Source: Acholeplasmataceae bacterium | GTDB taxonomy: Bacteria; Bacillota_I; Bacilli_A; Acholeplasmatales; Acholeplasmataceae | Length of the DNA: 64,000 bases | NCBI GenBank assembly: GCA_963667565.1 | Contig: OY763415.1 | Coordinates: 352,001 to 416,000 of the forward strand | Direction of reading: 5' to 3' | Part shown: positions 21,689-30,324 of the stretch, piece after piece | How the letters are laid out: every line of letters begins with the position of its first letter | Position numbering within the stretch: position 1 is the stretch's first letter | The notes under the pieces: generated by a model | What the model was told of the DNA's origin: nothing | The model's input: the letters and a program-made list of their open reading frames with translations, nothing else | Databases searched by the model: none | Translations under genes and position numbers: made by a program

Positions 21689-22410
21689 TAATAACCCACC
21701 TCAAATTCTATAAGTTCAGATAAACCATAAGATAAAATAAAAGCCATGCTTTCACCTTTATCATTTAACACGACACTTCTTAAATAATGTGCAGGATTAC
21801 CTTTGACTGAATCTAGAAGTAGTGCCAAATCATGATTAATGTTGATGGCTCTATAAGACTGAGATAAAGACTTGGGATCAAGTTTATAGCGTTTGACAAT
21901 TAAATCAAAAACTGATAGATGTTTAATATCTACCTTTTGGACATTAGGAAAAAATATTTCTGGTAACAATAACACTTCATAGAAAAGTGCTTGGTCATTG
22001 ATTGATGATATGATCTTTGCAATATAGACATAGTCTTCATCTTTGATATTTAGTAATCGATTGGCATTATGGTAATTAACTTTCTCAAAACTAAGTACTG
22101 TACGTTTAGATTGCATTAAAAAAGTCGTGATACCTATGATACCTTTAGATAAATCAATCACGTAAGGTTTAGTCGTATTCACATAGGTCCCTTTGCCTCT
22201 AATGCGTAAAACCAAATCCTTTTTTACCAGATCATCATAAGCTTTTTTTACAACAATATTACTGACTTCATAAATAGAACAAATTGATTTTTCTGTAGGT
22301 AGTTGCATACCATGCTTTAAAACACCAAGATTGATATGGTGTCTAATTGAATCTGAGATTTGAATGTATAAAGGTATTTTTGATGTTTTATCAATAATTA
22401 TATAGTCCAT
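21688..22410 (-). CDS. GntR-family (HutC/UTRA-type) regulator
   Basis: PLYIQI...LPTE...VKKAY..L...RGKGTYV. Confidence 0.87.
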   Translation of the reverse strand: MDYIIIDKTSKIPLYIQISDSIRHHINLGVLKHGMQLPTEKSICSIYEVSNIVVKKAYDDLVKKDLVLRIRGKGTYVNTTKPYVIDLSKGIIGITTFLMQSKRTVLSFEKVNYHNANRLLNIKDEDYVYIAKIISSINDQALFYEVLLLPEIFFPNVQKVDIKHLSVFDLIVKRYKLDPKSLSQSYRAININHDLALLLDSVKGNPAHYLRSVVLNDKGESMAFILSYGLSELIEFEVGY

Positions 22411-22510
22411 AATCCACTCCAATCTTATTATATCAAAAAAGGCGTAAAGATTTATCTTTATTTAAGAATATATGTTAATTCTTTATGCTATAATATGTAT
22501 GGTGATAATT

Positions 22511-23242
22511 ATGGAACGTTTACAAAAAATATTAGCAAATGCAAACATCGCATCCAGACGAAAATCAGAAGAAATGATTTTAGAGGGACGCGTATCTGTC
22601 AATGGAGAAATCGTTAAAACTTTAGGATTTAAAGTTGCTAAAAACGATGAAATTTTGGTGGATGGTAAAGTCATTAATCAAAGTCAAAAAGTGTATTATT
22701 TACTTAATAAACCTACAGGTTATTTGTCAACAGCAAATGATGATAAGGGTAGAAAAACAGTCATTGATCTATTAAAAGAACACGATAAAGATAAGAGAGT
22801 CTATCCAGTTGGTAGACTCGATTATGATTCTGCTGGACTCATATTATTGACTAATGATGGTGATTTGACCTATCGACTCACACATCCTAAACATGAAATT
22901 GAAAAAGAATATTTGGTTAGGGTAAAAGGGATTGTTATTAGAAAAGAAGTCGTTCAGCTTAGAAAAGGATTAAAGATTGATGGCGTACTCATGCGTCCTA
23001 AATTTGTAAGACTTATTGAACTTGATAAATCAAATCAATCATCGCTTTTAGCGATTGTTTTAACTGAAGGTAGAAATAGAGAGATTAGAAAATTATTTGA
23101 AGCACTTAATCATGAGGTTAAGAATTTAACAAGAGTTCGCTATGATTTTTTAACTTTAGCAGGTGTTGAAAGAGGCGCTTATCGTGAATTAAAGATCCAC
23201 GAAGTTAAGCAATTATATGGTCATACATTAACAAAATCATGA
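22511..23242 (+). CDS. rluB: Pseudouridine synthase RluB/RsuA family
   Basis: S4 domain ERLQK..A...ASRR, PVGRLD, EGRNR.IR. Confidence 0.9.
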   Translation: MERLQKILANANIASRRKSEEMILEGRVSVNGEIVKTLGFKVAKNDEILVDGKVINQSQKVYYLLNKPTGYLSTANDDKGRKTVIDLLKEHDKDKRVYPVGRLDYDSAGLILLTNDGDLTYRLTHPKHEIEKEYLVRVKGIVIRKEVVQLRKGLKIDGVLMRPKFVRLIELDKSNQSSLLAIVLTEGRNREIRKLFEALNHEVKNLTRVRYDFLTLAGVERGAYRELKIHEVKQLYGHTLTKS

Positions 23243-23300
23243 TAAACGCGCTTTGAAAATTTGAAATCTATGTTATAATTAATATGTATGGAGGAATCTC

Positions 23301-24005
23301 ATGTCTGGATTTAAATTAGCAATAGATGGACCGGCAGGATCAGGCAAATCAACGATAAGTAAACTTATCGCTGAAAGACTTGGATGGACACATATTGATA
23401 CGGGGGCAATGTATCGAGCAGTCACATTAGAAGCTATAGAGCTTGGTATCGATCTCGAACAAGAATCTTCGTATCTTTTTTTAGAATCTATCTATATTCA
23501 TTACGATAATAATAAAATTTTTATTAATGATAGAGATGTCACAGAAGATATCAGAAAAAATAAAGTCACAAATAATGTCTCATTAGTTTCAAGTTTTCCA
23601 TATGTCAGAAAAAAGATGGTCGAATTACAAAAAAATGCTGCTAAAAAAGGTAACATCATCATGGATGGTAGAGATATCGGAACAGTTGTATTACCAAATG
23701 CAGATTTAAAAATCTTTTTAACAGCACACTTAGAAGAACGTGCGAAAAGAAGATATAAAGAAACAATTACAAAAGGTAAACAAGCAAACATCAATCAGCT
23801 TATTGAAGATATTGAAACAAGAGATATCAAAGATTCTACAAGAAAAGAATCACCACTTAGAAAAGCTGATGATGCGATTGAACTTGATACAACAGATTTA
23901 AACATTGATCAAGTTGTTGAAGTAATCATTTCAAAAATACCAAAACAATACTCAAAACTAGATGATCTAGTAAACATAGAGTTAACTGCAAAAAAGGAGA
24001 TTTAA
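23301..24005 (+). CDS. cmk: Cytidylate kinase
   Basis: AIDGPAGSGKST, DTGAMYR, MDGRDIGT. Confidence 0.97.
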   Translation: MSGFKLAIDGPAGSGKSTISKLIAERLGWTHIDTGAMYRAVTLEAIELGIDLEQESSYLFLESIYIHYDNNKIFINDRDVTEDIRKNKVTNNVSLVSSFPYVRKKMVELQKNAAKKGNIIMDGRDIGTVVLPNADLKIFLTAHLEERAKRRYKETITKGKQANINQLIEDIETRDIKDSTRKESPLRKADDAIELDTTDLNIDQVVEVIISKIPKQYSKLDDLVNIELTAKKEI

Positions 24006-24006
24006 C

Positions 24007-25398
24007 ATGGAGATTAAAGTATTGAAGGTAGGCCAAGTTGTAGATGGTACTATCGTCAAAATTGAAGAAAACACAATATATTTGGATGTACAATATATAA
24101 CAGAGGGTAAGATACATCTAGATAACTATGACAAACCAGCACCACATTCTTTTGTAGGATTAGTTAAAATGGGTGATGTTGTCAAAGCTAAAGTACAAAA
24201 AATTACAGATGACCCTGCTCAAATCTTATTATCTCGTTTGCCATTATTACTTCAAGAAAAATTTGAAGATGTGCAAGCATTAGTTGAATCAAAAGAAGTT
24301 GTAAAAGCGAAAGTTAAACAAGTCATTGAAAAAGGGCTTATTTTATCATACTTAGGACAAGAAATTTTCTTACCTTATAGTTTATTAGATTTTGATTTAG
24401 TCAATCAAAAAGAAAGCTTAAAAGGTAAAACATTAGAAGTCCAAATTATCGAAGCGACTCAAAAAGGTCGTTCAAAAAGAATTGTAGCTTCTAGAAAAGA
24501 AATCTTCGAGAAAGCAAGACAAGAAGCGTATGAACAAAGATTAGAAGCAAGACAAGGTGAATTAGAAAACATTAATACAGGAGATGTATTAACTGGTAAA
24601 GTCGACAAAATTGAGAAACATGCTGCAACCATTCGTTTTGAACATGTTGTCGGGCTTCTTAGAATTTCTCAAGTATCACATCACCGTATTGATAAAATTG
24701 ATGACGTACTTGAAGTAGGACAAGAAGTTTCTGTTAAAGTCATTAAAAAGGAAGGTAATCGTTTAGATTTATCTATGAAAGCACTTCTTAAAACACCATA
24801 TGAATTATTCTATGATGAACATAAAGTAGGCGATACTGTTAAAGGTGTTGTTAATCAAAAATTACCATTTGGTATTATTATTGAAGTTGCTAAAGATGTG
24901 AGAGGATTACTTCACAAAAATGAATTTTCTTGGAATCCAAATGATAACTTTGATAATGTTGTTAAAATTGGTGATGAAGTAACTTTAGGTATCATCTCAT
25001 TAGACGCTAAAAAAGAAAGAATCGCTTTATCAAGAAAGATATTAGAAGACAATCCTTGGAAAGATGTTAATGTTAAACGTGGACAAGTCATTAAAGCTAA
25101 GGTTGCTGAAGTATCTCATGAAGGTATTAAAGTAGAAGTCCAAGGTGTTCTTGGAGAAATTCCTTTAGGTGAATTATCAAATGAACATATTGGGAAACCT
25201 GAAGATTATTTTGCAGTTGGTGATGAAGTAGAAGCAATCGTTACGGATGCAAGAACAGATCTTTGGATCTTAAAATTATCTATCAAACGTGTCCTTGAAA
25301 TTCAAGAACGCGCATCATATGAAAAATATTTAGAATCAGATTCAGATAATGATAACGTGACTATCGGAGATTTATTCGAAGACGATTTAAAAAAATAG
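24007..25398 (+). CDS. rpsA: 30S ribosomal protein S1
   Basis: Tandem S1 OB repeats; cmk-rpsA-der synteny. Confidence 0.9.
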   Translation: MEIKVLKVGQVVDGTIVKIEENTIYLDVQYITEGKIHLDNYDKPAPHSFVGLVKMGDVVKAKVQKITDDPAQILLSRLPLLLQEKFEDVQALVESKEVVKAKVKQVIEKGLILSYLGQEIFLPYSLLDFDLVNQKESLKGKTLEVQIIEATQKGRSKRIVASRKEIFEKARQEAYEQRLEARQGELENINTGDVLTGKVDKIEKHAATIRFEHVVGLLRISQVSHHRIDKIDDVLEVGQEVSVKVIKKEGNRLDLSMKALLKTPYELFYDEHKVGDTVKGVVNQKLPFGIIIEVAKDVRGLLHKNEFSWNPNDNFDNVVKIGDEVTLGIISLDAKKERIALSRKILEDNPWKDVNVKRGQVIKAKVAEVSHEGIKVEVQGVLGEIPLGELSNEHIGKPEDYFAVGDEVEAIVTDARTDLWILKLSIKRVLEIQERASYEKYLESDSDNDNVTIGDLFEDDLKK

Positions 25399-25407
25399 GT
25401 GATGGTT

Positions 25408-26724
25408 ATGCCTTTTAAAGTAGCAATAGTCGGGCGCCCAAATGTTGGTAAATCTAGTCTTTTTAATCGCTTGGTAGGCGAAAGATATGCAATTACAGAT
25501 GACCAAGCTGGAATCACAAGAGATCGTATTTATGGACGTGCCGAATGGTTAACCAAAAACTTTAGGGTTATAGACACAGGTGGCATCGACATTGGCGATG
25601 CCCCTTTTTTAAACCAAATCAAAGCACAAGCGCAAGTCGCGATGGATGAAGCAGATGCCATCATTTTTGTCGTTGATGGCAAAACAGGATTAACCGATGC
25701 TGATTATTATATTGCAAAAATGTTATATCAAGCAGATAAACCGATTATTTTAGTAGTTAATAAAATTGACGATGTTAATCAAATGCAAAATGTTTATGAA
25801 TTTTATGCTTTAGGTTTTGGTGATCCCATTGGTATATCTGCACATCATGGTCTTGGAACTGGTGATTTGGCAGATAAAATTATCGAGTATTTTACTGAAG
25901 ATGATGTCGATTATGATGAAGATACCATCAATTTTTGTATTGTTGGTCGACCTAATGTTGGTAAATCTTCACTAACGAATGCTATCTTAGGTGAAGAGCG
26001 AGTCATTGTATCTGAAATATCAGGAACAACTAGAGATGCCATTGATACACCTTTTAAAAAAGATCGTCAAAATTATGTCGTTATTGATACAGCAGGTATC
26101 AATAAGCGTGGTCGTATTTATGAAGATGCAGATAAATATAGTTTACTTAGAGCGATTGCTGGATTAGAGCGAAGTGATGTAGCATTATTAGTTATTGATG
26201 GTTCTGAGGGTATTATTGAACAAGATAAACATGTCGCTGGATATATTATGGATGCATCTAAAGCCGTTGTGATTGTAGTCAATAAATGGGATGCTGTAGA
26301 AAAAGATGAAAAAACCATGCGTAAAATGGAGAAATCGATTAAAGAAGAATTTAAGTTTCTAGATTACGCAGAAATTGTATTTTTATCTGCAAAAGAACGA
26401 AACCGTGTTCAAACCATTTTCCCGGCACTTAATTTAGCGTATGAAAATTATCATAAACGAATAGAAACAAGAATATTAAATGAGTTATTAACAGATTCAG
26501 TCATGATGAATCCACCAGCAATTTTCAATCGTGGAAAAGCATCGTTTAACTATATGACGCAAGTCGCTGTTAAACCACCGACGTTTTTAATTTTTGTTAA
26601 TAATCCAGATTATATTCATTTCTCATATGAAAGATATTTAAAGAATCAATTTAGAGCAGCAATAGATTTTACAGGAACACCAATTAGATTTGTGTTTAGA
26701 AAGAAGGATAGCAATGAGATTTAG
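25408..26724 (+). CDS. der: Ribosome biogenesis GTPase Der
   Basis: Two GRPNVGKSS G-domains. Confidence 0.97.
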   Translation: MPFKVAIVGRPNVGKSSLFNRLVGERYAITDDQAGITRDRIYGRAEWLTKNFRVIDTGGIDIGDAPFLNQIKAQAQVAMDEADAIIFVVDGKTGLTDADYYIAKMLYQADKPIILVVNKIDDVNQMQNVYEFYALGFGDPIGISAHHGLGTGDLADKIIEYFTEDDVDYDEDTINFCIVGRPNVGKSSLTNAILGEERVIVSEISGTTRDAIDTPFKKDRQNYVVIDTAGINKRGRIYEDADKYSLLRAIAGLERSDVALLVIDGSEGIIEQDKHVAGYIMDASKAVVIVVNKWDAVEKDEKTMRKMEKSIKEEFKFLDYAEIVFLSAKERNRVQTIFPALNLAYENYHKRIETRILNELLTDSVMMNPPAIFNRGKASFNYMTQVAVKPPTFLIFVNNPDYIHFSYERYLKNQFRAAIDFTGTPIRFVFRKKDSNEI

Positions 26725-27709
26725 TATTATTGGTGGAGGCGCATGGGGGACAACACTTGGCCAAGTCTTAATCGATAATGGTCATGAAGTATTAATCTAT
26801 GATATCTTAGAAGAACATGTCAATAAAATCAATAAACATCTACATCCATTTTTTGATACAACATTACCTGAAAAACTTTTAGCAACCACTGATTTTGATG
26901 AAGTGCTTGCATTCTCAAATATATATATGTTAAGTGTCCCAACAAAAGTGATTAGACAAGTGCTTATAGATGTGAATAAGAAATTAACTCAAAAAAGTAT
27001 CTTTATTAATGTTTCAAAGGGGATTGAACCTGGTACTTCAAAAAGAGTCAGTGAAATCGTAAGTGAAGTCATTGATCCAAAATATAATGATGGTTTTGTT
27101 GTTTTAACTGGTCCTTCACATGCTGAAGAAGTGATCTTAAGAAAATTAACATTACTTGTTACATCAAGTAACAAAGAACACTTAGCTAAAGAGATGCAAC
27201 AAGTCTTTTCAAATGATCAGTATTTAAGAGTATACACATCAAACGATCTTATTGGTTGTGAAGTTGGTGGTGCTGTTAAAAATGCTATCGCAGTCATCTC
27301 AGGTGCTTGTGCAGGTCTTGGATTGGGCGAAAATGCAAGAGCAGCAGTCATTACAAGAGGTATTGTAGAAATTGTTAGAGTCGTTGAAGTGATGGGTGGA
27401 AATAAAGAAACAGCATTTGGACTCACAGGTGTTGGTGACTTAATTGTGACAGCTTCATCAGAAAACTCGAGAAACTTTACTGCAGGAAAAAAATTAGGTC
27501 AAGGATTCTCACTTGAACAAATTTATAAAGAACAAAAACAAACGATTGAAGGTATTAGAACGATTGAAGCGATGCATGATTTGGCAGTTAGTCATAAGAT
27601 TGAATTACCTATGATCCAAATCGCTTATGAGATCATTAACAATGGTATTTCAATGGATGAAGCAATCACAAGATTGCTCTCAAGAGAACTCAAAGCGGAA
27701 GATTTTTAA
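26714..27709 (+). CDS. gpsA: NAD(P)H-dependent glycerol-3-phosphate dehydrogenase
   Basis: GGGAWGT, SKGIE, GPSHA.EV, KNAIA, GDL..T. Confidence 0.95.
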   Translation: MRFSIIGGGAWGTTLGQVLIDNGHEVLIYDILEEHVNKINKHLHPFFDTTLPEKLLATTDFDEVLAFSNIYMLSVPTKVIRQVLIDVNKKLTQKSIFINVSKGIEPGTSKRVSEIVSEVIDPKYNDGFVVLTGPSHAEEVILRKLTLLVTSSNKEHLAKEMQQVFSNDQYLRVYTSNDLIGCEVGGAVKNAIAVISGACAGLGLGENARAAVITRGIVEIVRVVEVMGGNKETAFGLTGVGDLIVTASSENSRNFTAGKKLGQGFSLEQIYKEQKQTIEGIRTIEAMHDLAVSHKIELPMIQIAYEIINNGISMDEAITRLLSRELKAEDF

Positions 27710-27804
27710 CATATTTGTCTTAATAAAGCGATTATAATTACTTTTTTATTTGCTTTTTAAGTGAAAAATTGATAAAATAAAATTACTTTAAGGAGGTTAA
27801 TGTT

Positions 27805-28080
27805 ATGAACAAAACTGAATTAGTTGCAGTTGTTGCTAACAGAGCAGGCGTTACACAAAAAGTTGCTGAAGAAGTCTTAGGCGCTTTTACAGACACAATC
27901 GCTGAAACATTAGGAAGAAGAGGCGAAAAAGTTGTCGTTACTGGATTTGGAACATTTGAAGTAAGAAATCGTGTTCAAAGAACTGGTAAAAACCCTCGCA
28001 CTGGAGAAGTAATCACTGTTCCAGCACAAAAGACACCAGCTTTCAGAGCAGGTAAATTACTCAAAGACGCAGTTAAATAA
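27805..28080 (+). CDS. hup: DNA-binding protein HU
   Basis: MNKTELV...GFGTFEV...GKNPRTGE...P.F.AGK.LKDAV. Confidence 0.96.
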   Translation: MNKTELVAVVANRAGVTQKVAEEVLGAFTDTIAETLGRRGEKVVVTGFGTFEVRNRVQRTGKNPRTGEVITVPAQKTPAFRAGKLLKDAVK

Positions 28081-28085
28081 AATGT

Positions 28086-28121
28086 AAAAAGTTGTCTATG
28101 AAAATGATAGGCAATTTTTTT
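28086..28121 (+). terminator. Intrinsic terminator
   Basis: AAAAAGTTGTCTAT...ATAGGCAATTTTTT. Confidence 0.65.
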
Positions 28122-28171
28122 TGCAAAAAAAACCGAAAATAAGATAAAATAGGAGTATAGGTGGTGGTTGT

Positions 28172-29125
28172 ATGGATAATGTTTTCATGAAAGCTGCATC
28201 AAACGATCTAGAATTTGTTAAAAAGAATATGACACATTTAGAAATGGTCGATGAAAAACAAAAGAGTCTATTACACTATGCAGTAACAGGTAGTGCAATG
28301 GATGTTGTTTCATATTTACTTGATCTAAATATTTCAGTAAATTTAAAAGATCAATATGGAGAAACACCATTATTTGATTGTGTACGAAAAGGTAAACTTC
28401 ATCTTGCTAAATTACTTATCTCTAAATTTGCAAATGTTAATGTTGAAAATAGACAATTAGAAACACCGATGCATCTAGCGGCAGCTAAGGGTGAAATGGA
28501 CATGATTAAATTATTGATTGAATCAGGTGCATTTTTAAATAAAGAAACTCAAGAAGGTAAATTACCGATACATTACGCGATTTTAGCAGGTCAAACAGAC
28601 ATCATTGATTATTTACTCAAAGTAAGTAAACAGACTTATGAATTAAAAGATAATTATGGTCATACGCTCTTACATCATGCGACAAAGACTTCAAATATTA
28701 AAATGATAGAAAAATTATTAGAAGAAGGATTAGATCCTAATCAATTAAATGATTTGTTTGAAACACCAATATTTAATGCCATACGTTTTGGGACATTAGA
28801 CACAGTTAAATTACTCTTAAATTATGATGCTTATGTTGATGTTAAAAACCGAAGATATGAGACACCCATAGATATAGCTATGATTTTTAGTAAACATGAT
28901 ATCCTAGATTATTTAAATGAGTATATTCAAACACCTAAATATGAAGCACTTGTTAAAAAACAAGCATTAACCATTGCAGTACTAAATAGAGATCATATTT
29001 ACTTAAGAAAGTTAATTGAAAGACAAGTGCCCATGAAGAAAGATCGATTAAATAGAACAGCCATGGATTATGCTAAAATGTATCGATTAAATCTGTGTGT
29101 GAATATTTTAAGAGAAGTTGAATAG
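28172..29125 (+). CDS. Ankyrin-repeat protein
   Basis: Repeated ~33-aa units with G.TPLH/TPMHLAA/LPIHYA/TLLHHA. Confidence 0.92.
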   Translation: MDNVFMKAASNDLEFVKKNMTHLEMVDEKQKSLLHYAVTGSAMDVVSYLLDLNISVNLKDQYGETPLFDCVRKGKLHLAKLLISKFANVNVENRQLETPMHLAAAKGEMDMIKLLIESGAFLNKETQEGKLPIHYAILAGQTDIIDYLLKVSKQTYELKDNYGHTLLHHATKTSNIKMIEKLLEEGLDPNQLNDLFETPIFNAIRFGTLDTVKLLLNYDAYVDVKNRRYETPIDIAMIFSKHDILDYLNEYIQTPKYEALVKKQALTIAVLNRDHIYLRKLIERQVPMKKDRLNRTAMDYAKMYRLNLCVNILREVE

Positions 29126-29131
29126 ATGATA

Positions 29132-29159
29132 AAAGGTTAATATATTTAGCCTTTTTTTA
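29132..29159 (+). terminator. Intrinsic terminator
   Basis: AAAAGGTTAA-tatat-TTAGCCTTTTTTT. Confidence 0.6.
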
Positions 29160-29168
29160 TTTTTTGTA

Positions 29169-29196
29169 AAAAATAGGACATATCCGCCCTGTTTTT
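29169..29196. repeat. 28-bp imperfect palindrome, copy 1
   Basis: AAAAATAGGAC-ATATCC-GCCCTGTTTTT, identical to 29787-29814. Confidence 0.9.
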
Positions 29197-29251
29197 TATG
29201 ATATTTATCCATTAAAATTAAAGTATACTAAAAAATATTTGGAGGGGAAAC

Positions 29252-29436
29252 ATGAAAAAAATAATTATTTTAGGTGTAGTGATCATAAGTGTTATGTTTA
29301 TAATAATAAAACTAAAGCTACACTATATTTTAATATAAATGATGCTGATAATTATTCAACTTATATGATTATACTAAATAAATTAAAGCAAGAGCAAACA
29401 GGAGAAGTTATTGATTCAATTACTTTTGAACAGTGA
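29252..29436 (+). pseudogene. Probable frameshifted small exported protein
   Basis: GGAGGGG RBS then ATG 29252 gives signal-like MKKIIILGVVIISVMF that stops at 29338; the hydrophilic continuation YNNKTKATLYFN... is in the -1 frame to 29436. Confidence 0.45.
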
Positions 29437-29454
29437 TGAAAATAACATGATAAT

Positions 29455-29760
29455 ATGACACATAAAATAGAACTATTACATTCCAAAAAATCTATAGATG
29501 ACTTTATTGAATCAATTACACAATTAGATTACTTTACAATCATTAATCAATATAGAGATAAAGATTTGGCAATTTTATATTTGGAGAAAAAACTGCTGAG
29601 AATCTATACAACCTCAATTATTCTTTCACTATATATTAAAGTAAATCAATTACAATCAATTGATATTCATCTAGATATTATGAGTCCTGTAAAAGAAGGT
29701 ATGTTCTCTGATTTTAATGCTACTAAAGTCTTAATAGAAAAAATAAAAAAATGTCTATAA
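29455..29760 (+). CDS. Hypothetical protein
   Basis: 101-aa ORF, weak RBS, no recognised motif. Confidence 0.5.
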   Translation: MTHKIELLHSKKSIDDFIESITQLDYFTIINQYRDKDLAILYLEKKLLRIYTTSIILSLYIKVNQLQSIDIHLDIMSPVKEGMFSDFNATKVLIEKIKKCL

Positions 29761-29786
29761 AATAAGTGATTTACATATTTTTAGTG

Positions 29787-29814
29787 AAAAATAGGACATA
29801 TCCGCCCTGTTTTT
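29787..29814. repeat. 28-bp imperfect palindrome, copy 2
   Basis: Identical to 29169-29196, same orientation, 618-bp offset. Confidence 0.9.
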
Positions 29815-29901
29815 AATATGGTTTTTGGCATAAAATATAAGTGTAGAGCAAAATGATATAAAAATCATGGGGGTTTTAATATCGAAAAATCAAGGTTTTA
29901 T

Positions 29902-30267
29902 ATGCTTGGAGGGTTTATCACTGTTGTGATTTCATTCTTCATGATCTATCATCAACTTTATAGATTTACTGATGACTTTGTCATTGATGATATCAACCAA
30001 GTTGCGATACTGATGAATTTAGAGGTTTCTCAAGTCGCAAGATATCAAGATGATGATACTTTTTACTATGTCGTAGATTATCAAAAAGAAAGTAATCATA
30101 TTAAAGAAATTTCAAGCCTTATCTATATATATCATTTAGATACACAAATTTCATATTATTTTGATATCAGTGATTCTGAATCTTATCAAGATGATTTAAC
30201 CAAAGTCAAGTATTTAGAAGAACATTCAAAGCGTACAATCATTGACCCCTCCCCGTTTAATGATTGA
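29902..30267 (+). CDS. Hypothetical protein with N-terminal TM/signal segment
   Basis: Hydrophobic N-terminus; followed by a terminator. Confidence 0.6.
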   Translation: MLGGFITVVISFFMIYHQLYRFTDDFVIDDINQVAILMNLEVSQVARYQDDDTFYYVVDYQKESNHIKEISSLIYIYHLDTQISYYFDISDSESYQDDLTKVKYLEEHSKRTIIDPSPFND

Positions 30268-30272
30268 TATAG

Positions 30273-30307
30273 AAAAAGCATCCTTATGATCGGAAGGATG
30301 CTTTTTT
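30273..30307. terminator. Bidirectional intrinsic terminator
   Basis: AAAAAGCATCCTT-atgatcgg-AAGGATGCTTTTT between convergent genes. Confidence 0.8.
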
Positions 30308-30324
30308 ATTGTTTGTGTTTATGA

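Noticed and set aside
29239..29436. 65-aa ORF starting at TTG 29239 as called
   Set aside because: The TTG overlaps the RBS of ATG 29252 and has no RBS of its own; a frameshifted gene fits better.
29169..29814. 28-bp direct repeats as a CRISPR array
   Set aside because: Only two copies, 590 bp between them, and no cas genes in the window.
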